Assembly (NCBI RefSeq): GCF_009914755.1
Contig: NC_060948.1
Strand: one strand, 5' to 3'
Source of the DNA: the human T2T-CHM13v2.0 reference genome, Homo sapiens
DNA: 64,000 nucleotides
A program made the translations under genes and the position numbers. Positions 26,633 through 40,674 of the stretch are shown one piece after another. Under the pieces are notes generated by a model. That model was not told where the DNA came from. It did no database searches and worked only from the letters and a program-made list of their open reading frames with translations. Every line of letters starts with the position of its first letter. Position 1 is the stretch's first letter.

Positions 26633-28471
26633 ATAATCAATAATAATACTAAAACAATAAAATAATAAATCAGTAGTACTTAAAATTAATGTACAATTAA
26701 CATTAAATAGTTTTTATATACACCCCAAAATAGCCAATTAGATGATATAATAGTGGAGAAAACCACATATAAAATAGCAACAAAAAAGATTAATACTTAG
26801 GAATAAACAACATGAAATGTAAAAAACTACAGTATATGATAAAAATGTTACAATGCTACTGAAAGATAAAGTATTTTGAGCAAATGGAAAGGTATCACCT
26901 GTAATTGGATTGGATGTCTCAAAATTATGAAGATATTAATTGTGTCTAGATTAATATATAGATTTAATGTAATCCCAATATATATGCCAACAAGCTCTTT
27001 AATGGATTTTGAAATGTTGATATTGTTAGGGAGGACTAGCCCTGCCAGGCATTTTAAAAATTCTATATAGTTCAAAGTGTGATAATAACAGATGACAATT
27101 TGGCAAGTGAAATAAAATAGAAAGCCCACATATACACCCAAGTATATATGGAAATTTAGTGCTTTGCAAATCTCTGAGGCAAATGATGACGTCTTAATAA
27201 ATGGTGCTAGGATAACTAAGTAGCCATTTGGAAAATGGTAAAAGTTGATTCATACTTCAAACATACACAAGGAAAAACTCCAAAGGGTTAGATAACTAAA
27301 TATAAAAAATGAAAACCCAGAAGTACTACAAAAAGACATGGGTGAATTCCTCAACAAATGTTGCTGGATTAACAGGTTATACCTACAGACAAAAATGAAC
27401 TTCAACCTAGGTTTCACAACTTGGACAAATATGAACTCAAAATGGATTTGGTAATTATATGTAAAATGTAAAATTGTAAAACTTTTTAAAAATTAGAAAC
27501 ATTCAAAATCCAGGTCTAGGTAGAGTTTTTAGAGGTAACATCAAGTATAATTACATAGATACATTGAAAGTAAAAATAAAAAAATTAAAAAGAAGACATA
27601 TCAGGCAAACCTCAATTTTGAAAAAAGCAGAACTGACTATAGTAGTTTAAGACAAAATAGATTTCATGAAAAGAAATGTACTAGGAACAAAGAGGGGCAT
27701 TATGCAGTGACAGAATTATCGACCCACCAGGAAAATGTAGTAATACTAAATATGTATGTAGCAAACAACTAGAACTTCAAATTCTTGAAGGAAAACCTGA
27801 TAGTATTAAAAGGAGAAAGAGACAAATCCACAATTATATTTGGGATTTTCAGCACTGAATGTTCCATAATTGATAAATCTACTGAACTGAATATGAGAAA
27901 ATATTTAGAAGAACTGAGCATCACCATCAAACAGCAGGATTTAGTTGATGCTCACTGGTCAATCCACTCAATAACAGTAAGTTAGACATTATCTTGGATC
28001 ATAAAGCAAACTTCACCAAATTTAAAATCATAGAAATCATACAGTGACTGGTTTCAGAATATAAAGAAATTGAACTCAAAATCAATAATGGAAAGAAAAT
28101 ACAAAAGTTTTCACACACTTGAAATTCAAATAACTTATTTCTAAATAATCTGTAGTTACAAGTCAAACATTAAATGAATAAAATATACATAGAACTGGAT
28201 GAAAGTTAAAATGCAAAATGTTAAAATATGTGATATGTAGATAACATGCAAGGGAAACTTATAGCTTTAAATGCTTACATTATAAAAGAAGAACACTCAA
28301 ATCAATAATCTAAGTTTCCACCTGAAGAAACCAGAAAAACAAGCACAAAAATAAATCCAAAGCTAGCAGTAGGAAGGAAATAGTAAAGATAAGAGCAAAT
28401 ATAAATGAAATTGAAAATAGAAAAATAATGAAAAAATGGGAAAAAATACTAGACATGCAAACATAATTAAA

Positions 28472-28766
28472 TCAGTCAGGCACGGTGGCCTACACCTGTA
28501 ATTTCAGTACTCTGGGAGGCCAGAGCAGATGGGTTGCTTGAGCCCAGGAGTTTGAGACCAGCCTGGGCAACATTGCAAAACACTCTTTCTACCAAAAATA
28601 CAAAAATTAGCCAGGCATGGTGGCATGCACCTGTAGTCCCAGCTACTCAGGGGGCTGCCAGGCAGGCAAAGGGGGAAGACTCCCTTGAGCCCATGAGGTC
28701 AACACTACAATGAGCCATGATCACACCACTGCACTCCAGCCTGTGTGACAGAGTGAGACTCTGAAA

Positions 28767-28809
<43 letters not shown>

Positions 28810-28810
28810 A
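28472..28810 (+). mobile_element. AluJ with (TAAA)n tail
   Basis: ttgcttgagcccaggagtttgagaccagcctgggcaaca is J-like; tail is (aaat)n. Confidence 0.9.
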
Positions 28811-28863
28811 TTTTTAATAAATCTGTAGCAATACCACAAAAGATAAAACAGAAAGAAAACTCA

Positions 28864-29428
28864 GGTGGGGCGCGGTGGCTCACGCCTGTAATCCCAGCAC
28901 TTTGGGAGGTTGAGGTGCGCAGATCACTTGAGGTCAGGAGTTCTAGACCAGCCTGACCAATATGGTGAAGCCCAGTCTCTACTAAACAAACAAAAAATAG
29001 CCAGGCGTGGTGGTGGATGCCTATAATCCCAGCTACTTGGGAGGCTGAGGCAGGAGAATTGTTTGAACCCGGGAGGTGGAGGCAGAGGTGCAGTCAGATG
29101 TGGAGGCAGAGGCTGAGGTGGAGGCAGAGGCCGAGGCAGAGGCTGCAGTGAGCCGAGATTGTGCCACTGCACTCTGGGTGACAGAGGGAGACTCCATCAA
29201 AAGAAGAGAAAAGAAAGAAAAGAAAATAAAAGAAAACAAAAGAAAAGAAGAAAAGAAAAGAGAGAAAGAGAGAGAAAAAGGAAGGAAGGAAAGAAGGAAG
29301 GAAGGTAGGAAGGAAGGAAGGAAAGAAGGGAGAAAGAAAGAAAAAGAGAGAAAAAAGAAAGAAAGGAAGAAAGGAAGGAAGAAAGGAAGGAAGGAAGGAA
29401 GGAAGGAAGGAAGGAGGGAAGGGAGAGA
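28864..29428 (+). mobile_element. AluS with internal tandem expansion and ~230-bp GA-rich (GAAA/GGAA) tail
   Basis: cacttgaggtcaggagtt...; repeated ggaggcagagg at 29072-29145; purine-only tail 29198-29428. Confidence 0.92.
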
Positions 29429-30359
29429 CAAGCCTGTAATCACCAAATAAGAACGTGACAGTTGATATCATAACAGATCCTACAGTCATTAAAAGAATAA
29501 AAAGGGAAAGGTGGATAATAAAGAAGTACTACAAATAAAATTATGCTCATAAATTTATCAACTTTGAAAAAAAAGACCAATTCCTCAAATGCCACAAAGT
29601 AATATAACTCAGCTAAGATAACATATATAACTTGAAGAGCCTTATAACATTTAAATGAGATAAATTTATAATTAAAGATCTCCCAAATAAGAAAGGTTCA
29701 GGCACAAATGAATTCACAGAATTTTACCAAACATTTAAAGAAGAATCAACATCAGATTTACATAATCTTTTTCAGAAAATAAAAGAGGAAGGAACACTTC
29801 TCCCCAGCTCATTTTTGAAGCCAGTTTTACCCTAATAGTACTGTAAGACAAACAGCGTTAAAACATTGAAAACTACAAACGAATATCTCTCATAATCTTA
29901 GATGCAAAAATTCACATCAACATTTTAGCAAATAAAATCTGGCGATGTATAAAAGCATATTGTATCACATTGTACAGATAGAGAATAGGTCAGTCATTGC
30001 CAAGCATTAAGGATGGTAGATAGGGTGAATTTGGCTAGAAAGGGATACAAGGGAGTTTAATGATGATGGCATAACTCAGTGTGATTATGGCTGTGGCTAC
30101 ATGAAACTGCACATGTGACAAGCTTGTGTAGAATTATACGCTCACATAAACACACAAATGATTGCATGCATCATTGGTGAAATCTGAATGAGCTCTACGA
30201 ATTGTACCAATGTAAATTTCCTGGTTTTGATATTGTACTATAATTATGAAAGACATTAACTTTGGGATAGATTGGTAATGGGTGCAGGGGACCTCCCTGT
30301 ACATGTCTTTGAATCTTCTTTTAAATCTATATTTATTTCAAAATAAAAGAATTTAAAGG

Positions 30360-32320
30360 AGTGGTATGGAATGATTTATATATTATTAAGAAAATAAGCA
30401 AAATGCTAAAAAAAAATCTACAGTATACTATCCTTGCTGTAAAAATGATGAAGACATGAGAAAGAAATACATGTTTTTGCTTAGGTTTGAAAAAGACATA
30501 CAGAAGAGATTAACCAAAAGCTAATGAGTTTGGAAACAGAGTTGAATGAGTAGATAATGAGAACAAGTTATTGGAAAAGATGAAAAGGTTAGTAGGTATG
30601 AAGAGTGAGCGGCATTACTCTCAGTGTACCGTTTTTATAGCTGTGATTATTAAAATCATAGTTATGTTTCACATACTGCCCCAAAATTAATATATAATGT
30701 TCACCATTGGGAGACAATGAAAAATGGATGACAAACAATAACAAACAAAGCTACCTATATTAAAATAAATGGCATTATCATGCGGAACATGGTAGAGAAG
30801 AAAATAACTATCTTAAATAATTTTGGGAAAGAGGGTTGTAACAATATATTTTAATAATAAAGGCAAAAAGAATTTACATAATTATTGAACTCTACACAGT
30901 AAGTGTGTTTATCACAGGATATGGGTTAAAATTATGTTATGTTTAAACTTATAATTGAATAAATATATATACTACGAGTAACAATAGCCAGATTTCTAAC
31001 TATCGAAAAAAAAGGACTTACAAATAAGGCCAGAGGGAAAGCAAGAATAAACTCTGTATTTTAGACTGGGATCCCAGGTATCAGTATGGTTTTTAACATA
31101 GAGTCAGATGCATGCATATCAAAATGATTATAAACGTATTTATTTGTATATCAGTATACATATGTGTACTTTCTAGCTCTGTTTGCTTATGGGGCCTAGA
31201 AATAACGATGCTCTGGTAGCAATGAGCATACCTAACACTCAAATGTTAATTCTAAATATCATTATCTAACAGGAAAAAAAAGCAAGGCTCCTTGGAGAAA
31301 TGGTAATTTCAGGACTTGGGCCGGAAACCTATAAAATGAGTCTGGAAAACCTCACAAGAGAATAAGAAAGAACTCAAAAAATGATAAGGCTTATTAAAAC
31401 AACATAAAAAAGTAATAAAAGCTATAATAATAACATCAGGTTATAACCTATAGAATAAAATAAAATAAATATTCATGAGTCCAAACAGATAGAGACAAAA
31501 ATGTAATGAATAAATAAATATACGAGGGGGGATTGATAAGTCTTCCTGGAGGTAAGAATTCCAATTCGTAACTGTGGAATGAATGATGGAAATAAAACAT
31601 TATCATTAGAATACCAAAGTCATTGTTGCATACGAGAATCACCAATGGATGCTAAAATCAGTGACAGAAAGTACGGTGAGAAACAGGATATTTGCATAGT
31701 CTCAATCATTTTTCTACAATATTTGCATAGACTACAAAGATGAATGACTTTACAGGGTAGAAATCTGGCTGATATCTTTTGTAACAAAATGATTAAAGTG
31801 AATATGGCCACTAATAAGGCATATAAAAATCAATGTCCCCTGATTAGATGCACTAAGATGGGTCTATCACCTCTGTAGTGTTCTCGCAAAAGCTATGTTA
31901 CCTTAATCTAATCCTGAGTAAATATCAAACAAACCTAAATTGAGAAAATTTCCTTCAAAAAATGACCAGAATTCTTCAAAAATGCCAAGGTTATAAGTGA
32001 CAAGGAAAAACTGAAGAATTGTCACAATCCAGAAGAGGCTAAGGAGACGTGGCAACCACTGTGCAATGTGAGATAATGAATTGGATCCTGAACAGAAGAG
32101 GAATATTCATATGAACAATAGTGGAATTTGAATAATGTTTACAGATATGTTAACAGTATTGTATCAATATTATGTTCTGGTTTCTGTAATTGTACCATTA
32201 TTATATACGATGATTACATTAGGAAAAGCCAGGCGAACGTGTTTGGGAATTCTCTGTACCATTTTGGAAAATTTTCTGTAAGTCCAAAATAATTTTAAAA
32301 TTTAAAAAGTCTGAAAAAAT
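30360..32320 (+). mobile_element. L1MC3/4-like long 3' UTR
   Basis: aaggctccttggagaaatgg...caggacttggg motif; end ctgtaagtccaaaataattttaaaatttaaaaagt. Confidence 0.7.
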
Positions 32321-33500
32321 CTAAAGACAATTTACATAACGGGAAGAAATTTTGACAAAATATATAACAAACACCATATCCATATAGAGAGATCATCTTC
32401 AACATAAGAAAGAAAAGGCACATTATCTAAAAGATGAGCAAAGGTGGATATAGGCAATTCAGAGCAGAGGAAATGCAAATAGCCAATTAGCATATAACAA
32501 GATCCTCAATCTCACTAGTAACAAAGGACTGCAAATCAAAATGATAAAGTGCAATTTTTTATCTAGCAGACTAAATACATATATAAATTAACAAGGCCAG
32601 CATTACTGAAGTTATGAGACAGTGGGAAATTTCACTATTTTTGCTGGGATTATTTAATGCCTCATCCACATTGCAGTGACATTTAACAATGCCATTCAAT
32701 ATTTTAAATGTACATACTCTGACCCAGCAATTAGACTTCTGATAAATAATTTTATACAATATGCTCATTAGTACACATTAGTTGGTTATAGGAAAAACTG
32801 GCTATAATTTGTTTTTCCAAATGTCCAGTGTTATAGAACTAGTAACATAATCAGCTGTTAAAAATGAGAAAAATGGGCCGGGCGCGGTGGCTCCTGCCTG
32901 TAATCCCAGTACTTTGGAAGGCCGAGGTGGGCGGATCACGAGGTCAGGAGATCAAGACCATCCTGGGTAACACGGTGAAACCTCGTCTTTACTAAAAATA
33001 GAAAAAACTAGCTGGGCTTGGTGGTGGGCACCTGTAGTCCCACCTACTCAGGAGGCTGAGGCGTGAATCCAGGAGGCGGAGCTTGCAGTGAGCCGAGAGG
33101 GCACCACTGCACTCCAGCCTCGGTGACAGAGTGAGACTCTGTCTCAAAAAAAATACATAAATTAATTAATTAATTAAAATGAGAAAATGTAAACCCATAT
33201 ATTTGGGCAGTGGATTATATCCATGATATTGCTGGGTAACAAAAACAAGTTTAGAGAATATTTAAAATATAAAACTATTCCTCTAAAAATACTGTGAGTG
33301 TATGTGTGTGTGTGCATACACACGTATAAAAGCATACTGGTAGAAACAGGGTCTGCAAGCATGCATATTTAAAAATGTTAACAGTGTTTATTCCTGTGGA
33401 GTAGAATTAGAAATGGATGAATTTCTATTTTTTGCTATGTATTTGAAAATTTTGGATTTTCAGCAAGAAGCATGTATTACTTTTGAAAAAAAATAAAAAT
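32321..33500 (+). mobile_element. L1ME ORF2 end and 3' UTR remnant, split by an Alu
   Basis: gaggaaatgcaaatagccaat...ctcaatctcactagtaa; gacccagcaatt; A-rich end ~33495. Confidence 0.6.
32876..33175 (+). mobile_element. AluY-like element
   Basis: ggatcacgaggtcaggagatcaagaccatcctgggtaacacggtgaaacc, ggagcttgcagtgag; TSD aaaatgagaaaa. Confidence 0.92.
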
Positions 33501-34279
33501 GTATGTATCTTATACGTCTGAATCTTGTTCTTTGAGGCTAACCAAACTGATACACTATTTGATGTAAAATCTGTGACACTGATATTAATAGATCACTATG
33601 TTTACCCACTCTAGGATTATATGTATTCTTTTACACAGTGTGACTTGATTATAACATCGGGAGTTTCAGTATACATGAAAAAAAGATTTTAAAAGAAGAT
33701 ATTTTGGGAAATGGTTAAAACTGATTATAAAGGTAGCCATTTACTCTATATTTACAAACTTCTCTGATACGATCTTCGATTCATTTTTTTTTTACTTTCC
33801 ACCTACTTCTGCAATTCTTTCTGCCACTTTTCCTTTCCCAAGCATTGACCAGATAATGAATAAAAACTTGATGTCAATTTACAAAATTTCCCACAAAATT
33901 TGATGTGAACTTGAGGTTCATTAATACTAAATGAATACTCAGTCAACTTCCAGAACCTTATGGTAATAACAATGAAATCCATTAGCTAATAGATATTGAA
34001 TGAACTACAGCTTTAATAAGATTATGTATCTGTTTATGAACATGAAACTTTTGTAACTTGAATAATTGTTGCGTTTATGAATCTCCATGTGTGACTGGGA
34101 TTGTATTAATAATTGATTTCAAATAATGTGCTACTAACTCTGAAGACTTTTAGATTTTTGCAATTTTTGTTGTTCAGATTAAACATGTTATATTCATTAA
34201 TGTTACTTTGCAACTTATTTTTACTAACTTTAATATTACACTTTTAAAAGACTATTTTAATAGTAAAGCCACTTAGTAG

Positions 34280-34770
34280 TAGTGTCAACTTTTAGTGGGT
34301 AGTGCCTGGAAGGAGATACATGGAGGTCTTACAGGGTTCTAATAATGTTCTGTATCTTTATATAAGTACTTGTTCACACGGATATGTGAAATTTGTGAAT
34401 ATTCATAAACAGAATGCTTATAATTGTACTAAGATAGTAAGTATGCTTTTTATACACTGATATAGAAATATTCCATGAAATTATTATATGACAGAGAAAG
34501 ATACAGAATAATGTGTATAAAAACTAAACTTACGTAAAGAAATAGAAAGCAACAAAAATACAGTATCAATGATATTATACTTGTATATGCATAAATAAAT
34601 TGTGGAAGAATACCCCAACCTAATAATACTGATGGCCTCTAGGAGAGCAACTGGATATCTGGTGATTAGGGGTTGGCAAGGAGAACTTTTAGTATGTTCT
34701 ATTTTTCATCATTTAAAATGTGAATCATGAATTTGTTACCTATTGCAAAATAACTAACATTTTAAAATAA
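34280..34770 (+). mobile_element. old L1ME 3' UTR fragments
   Basis: ggttctaataatgttctgtatctt...gtgaatattcat; tatatgcataaataaattgtggaagaatac. Confidence 0.5.
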
Positions 34771-36649
34771 GAAATATGAAGGCTGAAGAAACAGTAAAAT
34801 GAAAAGGTACAGGTTTATTTTATTTTGTACTGTTTACCCTTTGTTTGACTTCCCTTTTCCTTCTCTTTCTCTTTCTCCTTACAATCTTTCTCTTCTGTTT
34901 GCTCTTCTTTCTCTTGTCTCTCTTATCCTCTACTTCACACAAGTTCTCAATCTTGCTGTTGTTGAAGAAAAGCAGATGTCTGGTCTTTAACATCAGATAA
35001 AATGTTGATAAAAACCCTTGCAAGTCACTATCAAGAAACAGAGGGTGTAACTTTAGACTATTAGAAGGGTGGAGGGCAATTTGCATATATATATATAGCT
35101 TCTCTAAACAACATTGACTAGTGACAACTAGTTTGACAACTGGTTTCACAAGTTCAAGCCAAACTTTTAGACATAATAGCTACAATTTCTGGTAAAAAGC
35201 TTCACATGTAAAAGTTGTGTTTTATAACAAAAACAAAGCTTCAAGATGTTCTAATTCCTTAGCCTAATTGCTCTTGTGCATATTTAAGCCAAGGGTTTCA
35301 TCAACAAATTCAATCTCAAGTCTTTAGTTTCAATTAATACTGACCCATAAAGAGTTAATTTTCATGCATTATTTATAATGGCCTTACCATGCAAACACAT
35401 AAAAATATTAGTTACATCAAGGACCAACCTCTACTAATAGTCCACTACTGTATCATGCTTTGCATTTCCAGTATTTTTTGTTTGGTTGAAGTAAGCATCC
35501 ACATAGAACAGCAATAATACTTCTGCCATTCAGTTATTGATTTTTTTTTTTTTAGATAACTTGTGAGTGCTTTCTGCTTTAATATTTTTGATCTGTAAAG
35601 TCCCAGAATTATTGTAACCTACTAGCTGATTCGTAAGAATTTGTTTGGAAAAAAATTATTATATGTTGTTGAGTGAACATATTTCAATGTTACATTTTAA
35701 AAAAAAAATACAAAATTCTAAGAAAAACATCCCTTCATATAAATATGAATGAAAAACAGGACAAGAACTCATTAACTGGGTAGTATAAAGGTCGATATGT
35801 TCTAAGTAAGTAACATTCTGCTATTTAAAGACAAAAATTACCCTGAGTTTTGCTTAAGCTATTTGAGAAGACAAGACCAAAATTCACAAATTGTAGTTTT
35901 CTTGTTTGTAGAAAAATGTGGTAGGAAATTTCTTCAGAAGATAAACCTTTGTTATTATCTCTAACATAAAAATATCATTTTTTCCTGGTTTACAATTTTG
36001 AGGAAACTTTTTCATTATAGATTTTACATGTAAATTTATGGATGTCTAATTACTATGTTTTAAAAATAAGAAATGATTAAAGCCCTAAAAACAAATTGTG
36101 GTGTTTAAGAAAACTCAAGTTAAATTAATTACACAATATCATGGACATTATTCTTTGACTTCTACTGGTCAAGATCATATTTAAAAAGATAAATACACAA
36201 ATATATATACCCCCTCCAAATGCTTTCATCAATTGACATTTTGGTGTGTTAAAATACCTCTCACCAATGTAATACACTTTAATAGATTAGTATAAATTTA
36301 TCAGATTTCAACTCATCAGGTAAAAAATATAGCCTGTTTAAGAAAATCTTAAATATATATATGGTCAAAATACCTGGTCAAATTTGAAACAGTTTTAAAA
36401 CAATAATACATAAATGTCATTTTTTATTTGTTAGCTATTTTAATAAAAATTTTAAAAAATCTTATATACCATATTCTCATCCACTCTGGTAAATGATGTG
36501 TAAATAAAAACTATGTGTAATGATTATTGTAATTTTCAGGTAAAGTGAATCAACCATTCTTTGTTTTCTAAGCTTTACTAAATTTGAAATAGGATTTATG
36601 TTTGAATAATCTCACTAGGCCATTAAGTTATAAAGAATAATACACAAAA

Positions 36650-36920
36650 CACTTTGGGAGGCTGAGGCAGGCAGATCACTTGTGCTGAGGAGTTCAAGAC
36701 CACCCTGGACATCATAGGAAGACCTTATCTCTACAAAAAATAAAAATAAAAATAAATTAGCTGGGCATAGTGGCATGCACCTGTAGTCACAGCTACTTGG
36801 CTACTCGGGAAGCTGAGGTAAGAGGATAGCTTGAGCCCAGGAGGTGGAGGTACAGTGAGCCTAGATGGCACCACTGCACTGCAGCCTAGACGACCGTGGG
36901 AGACACTGTCTCAAAAAAGA
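36650..36920 (+). mobile_element. 5'-truncated AluJ
   Basis: cactttgggaggctgaggcaggcagatcacttg...gcttgagcccaggagg...ctgtctcaaaaaa. Confidence 0.9.
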
Positions 36921-37342
36921 AGAGGAGTTATTAAAAAAAAAGTTGCCATTATAAATATGCTTTTTGTCAATTCTTGTACACTTTGTTCTTTATTATATTG
37001 AGGTCTGACTTTTTTCCCTTATTTTTTGTATCTAGTTTATTTTTTCTTGATGGAAAATAACATGATGCAAAAGGTGTTTTAACATGTAAAAGACATTTTA
37101 ATATAGCAGAATCAACAAGTAGCACCTTAGTGGCCTGAAAAAAAATTGATTCTTGAAGTGTATTACTCTGATAAATTTGAAATAAATATATACATAGGCT
37201 GATAATAACATTGGTAGGTTATAATATGTAATTGTTTACATGAAAAATGCAACTGAATGTCACTAATCTGTGTTTAATTATGGACCAATCCAAAACCCTT
37301 ACCTGATCCTAATGGAAAAACTCATAACTATTATATAGGTCT

Positions 37343-37508
37343 GGAGCTGGCCTCACAAGCATGCAACTTGTTCCCTTATACAGGCACTAGGCTTAAAAGG
37401 ATTCAGCACTTTAATGCACTTGTTGTCCGGAAATTCTGAATGATTTTTTAACAACAGACTCCACATTTTGCATTTTGTATTGGACCCCCAAACCATGTAA
37501 TCAATCAT
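37343..37508 (+). mobile_element. MER91A-like hAT-Tip100 DNA transposon
   Basis: gagctggcctcacaagcatgcaac...ccacattttgcattttgtattggacccccaaaccatgta. Confidence 0.6.
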
Positions 37509-39638
37509 TTATATGTCCAAAGGGTCAAAGGCCATAAATCTAGACCAGAATGACTAACTAAGATTACCTACATAGCAAGCCAGGATTACACAAAAATCCA
37601 GGATAATCAAGGAAGTTCTAAAAGAAACAAAGAAGGTAAGCTAGGAGAAATGATCAGAAAAAGGATTTTAGGAATTGTAGGAGCTATCCTTTCTTGAAAA
37701 TATTAGGGTGAATTTAACCCGAAATGAATTATACTAATATTAATATATGTAAAACTGGAATCAAATTTCTTCTTATGTGTTCCAGTTTGAATTGCTGAAA
37801 TTGATACAGATCTTTAGTCACTCAAATAGAGATGCTTTAATAAGCTATGGAATGTTAAAGAAGTTTCCAGTAACATCAAATTGTTCAGCATATATTCACA
37901 CCAATGATCTTTGTGTTTGTGGGTTGTTTCTTTTGGTTGGCAACAAGTTTTGGTATATGGATCATAATAAGTTACAGCCAAGGACTTTCTTCATGTTTGA
38001 AATGCATACCTTACAATTTACAGTGGTTTTACTATGAAATGAATCAATTGATAGCTTTAAATTTGCTTTCACAAATACTGGTGGCTTTCTCAACATTGTA
38101 TTTAACATAGAAAGTTGTCCTTGTATACAAAACCAATAGAATAATTTCCAATCTATGCCATAACTAGTAAAATACATTCATATTAGAAATGAACACAATC
38201 TACTTAAACTCTGAACCTGAGTGTCCTCAGATGAAAATGATAACAATCTGTAACTCACAATGCCTAGAACAGCATGACACTTTTAAATGGTAGGTCTTGC
38301 AACTATTTCAAAATTCTATATTATTCTAGGTTGTTTGTATATGAAAAATTCCACTTTACCAATTAAAAGTTCATTTCAACCTGAAGGGTTCAAGGTTTTA
38401 CATCAAATGTAAAGCACTTTGCTTGCACCTTGTATTTATTCTTAAATACAACCCGTTGTATAAAAAATTAAATTTTAAAAAGTGTGGGGAGAAATGGAGC
38501 ATAAATAATTTTATACATTTGTTTGAAAAGTTGTCTAATGCAATCGGAAATACATGGTGTCATTTTTCAAGCTTCAAAACACATTGAAACCTGGTAAATG
38601 CTAATTTGAGAAAATAAAATTTCCAGCCTGAGTTTCAAGTTCCAATTAGAGTTGCAAAACATGAGTTCTGAATGACTGCAAAAGTAGGGCGAATATTAAT
38701 GTCAAACTTCCATCAGGATTGCTTGCATAGCATAGACTTTTATTTATTTGTAATAGCATACCAAGGAAATCACCTGAGATAGAACACAAGCAAATCTCTT
38801 TAAAGACAATGGATTTGCAAGTATATATCTAATGACTAATTTTAGTAAAGTTTTTCTAAGCTTTTCTGAGAAAAATATGAACAAAGCTGTATTAGAAAGC
38901 ATTAAAATATGTTAAATATTGCAAACAACTTAGGCCAATAAATGTAGAGAAAATATTTTTTATTAATAATAATATGAGTTGAGTGATTTTATTCAAAGCT
39001 GTGAAAAAGCTATTTTAATCGGGAAATTTAATACACCCAACATTATTTTATTCCTCTGTTACTAGATTAGTTTTTCCTTCTTTTTTTTCCTCCTTGGATC
39101 CAGGAAGAGAGTACGTATGTGCCATTCTAGCCATTAGTGAAAAAAGCATGAAGCCTATATAACCTTTCCATCAGCATTCTTCCCTTCCAAAAGAATTGCC
39201 ATCACATTTAGCCCAGATTTGCAAAATATGTAGTGATTTGTTTTCAGGCATTGTGGGTAGCTAGTTAACCTCATGTCAGGTTGTTGGAGAACTCTTCCAT
39301 CCTCTTACACTCATGCACATGTACACATACATAACATGCAAACGCACAGGGCAACTTGAAAATGAAATTATTCTATCAACAAATCTTATCTTAAATATGA
39401 ATTGCTACATCCTCGAAAGAATTTAAGACTTTCATTTAAGGTGTTGAGAATCTTCCCACATACTTCTCCACACATGGGGGAACAGAAAGAAAGTCTTTCT
39501 CATTCTGTTCTTCAGTCAGTTTTCTAGCAGGCCCTATTGTCAGTGTCCTTTGCCATACAATGGTTTGGCATGTAGTTGCTGAGGAGGAAATGAAAGATAT
39601 AGAAAGAAATAACATGGTTAAGAGTTCTGGGACTCTTC

Positions 39639-39956
<318 letters not shown>

Positions 39957-40674
39957 TCATGCTTTCGGAAAGTATTGGGAAAGTTCCCTACTGTCAAAAA
40001 TGCTAGAGTAATTTTTATTTAGCAATTCATTCACATAAATATTTCAAGAATTTTGTATAAAACTGTTGTGAAATTATCCCCGAGAAAATTAACTCTCCAA
40101 ATGGGAGGTACACATATGAATGCATAGCCAAGAAATAATGAAGTGTGTGGCTGTTTTTACTAGTTCACAAGTGCACTGAGAACACCAGTGTTATAAAACC
40201 CAAAGTTAACAGCTTCAATAGTAGAAAGGCCCAAATCCCACAACATGAATATCAATTTTTTCTTGCTAAATAAGCAAAGTTAATTGTGTAAATATTCATT
40301 ATATTTTTGAGAGAGTATTGAAGATATTTCCATAGTTTGTAAATCAACAGTGCACATGAGCCTTTTACTAATCCTGTTTCTGATATTAATATAGCCTTGG
40401 AAATGATTTTATATTTATTTTTTCATAGAATTTCTTTTTCCACCTTTTTACTATCACCTATTAGTACCATCATGCTTAAATTACAACATATAAACAGAAT
40501 ATATTTAGTTGGGTCTGCTTTTGTATTTAATGTTGTCTGATATTAAACTTTATTTCTGCTTTTCCAAATATATATTAGAAGATAATTTTCATCTGTTTGT
40601 TGCATGGTTGGTTAAATTTTTAAACAGAGGAAGACAAAAGAAGCACAATTTCTGTTTCTTAATTTGTTCTATGA

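Larger units (their letters stand above)
24851..27350 (+). mobile_element. old L1M (L1ME-like) ORF2 remnant
   Basis: A-rich L1 ORF2-like sequence; ORF SKWKGITCNWIGCLKIMKILIVSRLIYRFNVIPI at 26876. Confidence 0.7.
27351..30357 (+). mobile_element. L1MC/MD fragments (ORF2 EN onward plus 3' UTR), split by two Alus
   Basis: ORF KGERDKSTIIFGIFSTECSIIDK (EN-like); 3' UTR with ggtgaaatctgaatgagctct...tttcaaaataaaa. Confidence 0.7.
33745..39578 (-). pseudogene. five candidate exons of a decayed gene: 39578-39464, 38163-38010, 35592-35388, 34955-34838, 33956 to ~33745
   Basis: All have AG acceptors and GT donors (gtatgt, gtatgc, gtaagg, gtaaac, gtaaat). Spliced in one frame: [58 protein letters not shown]...VNCK (both exons fully open) / IKNIKAES..NN*MAEVLLLFYVDAYF..DY**RLV..LH / ARLRTCVK*RIRE..RL*GE..NKG / FWKLTEYSF...KEKWQKELQK* (50 open codons). 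Confidence 0.6.

Noticed and set aside
29033-29489. ORFs of 124-137 aa (E/K/R-rich or F/L/S-rich)
   Set aside because: Translations of the Alu arm and its GA-rich tail
34820-35149. 109-aa basic, protamine-like ORF
   Set aside because: The 5' half looks intronic and the K/R-rich part comes from a purine-rich stretch better explained as a candidate exon; its true frame is uncertain
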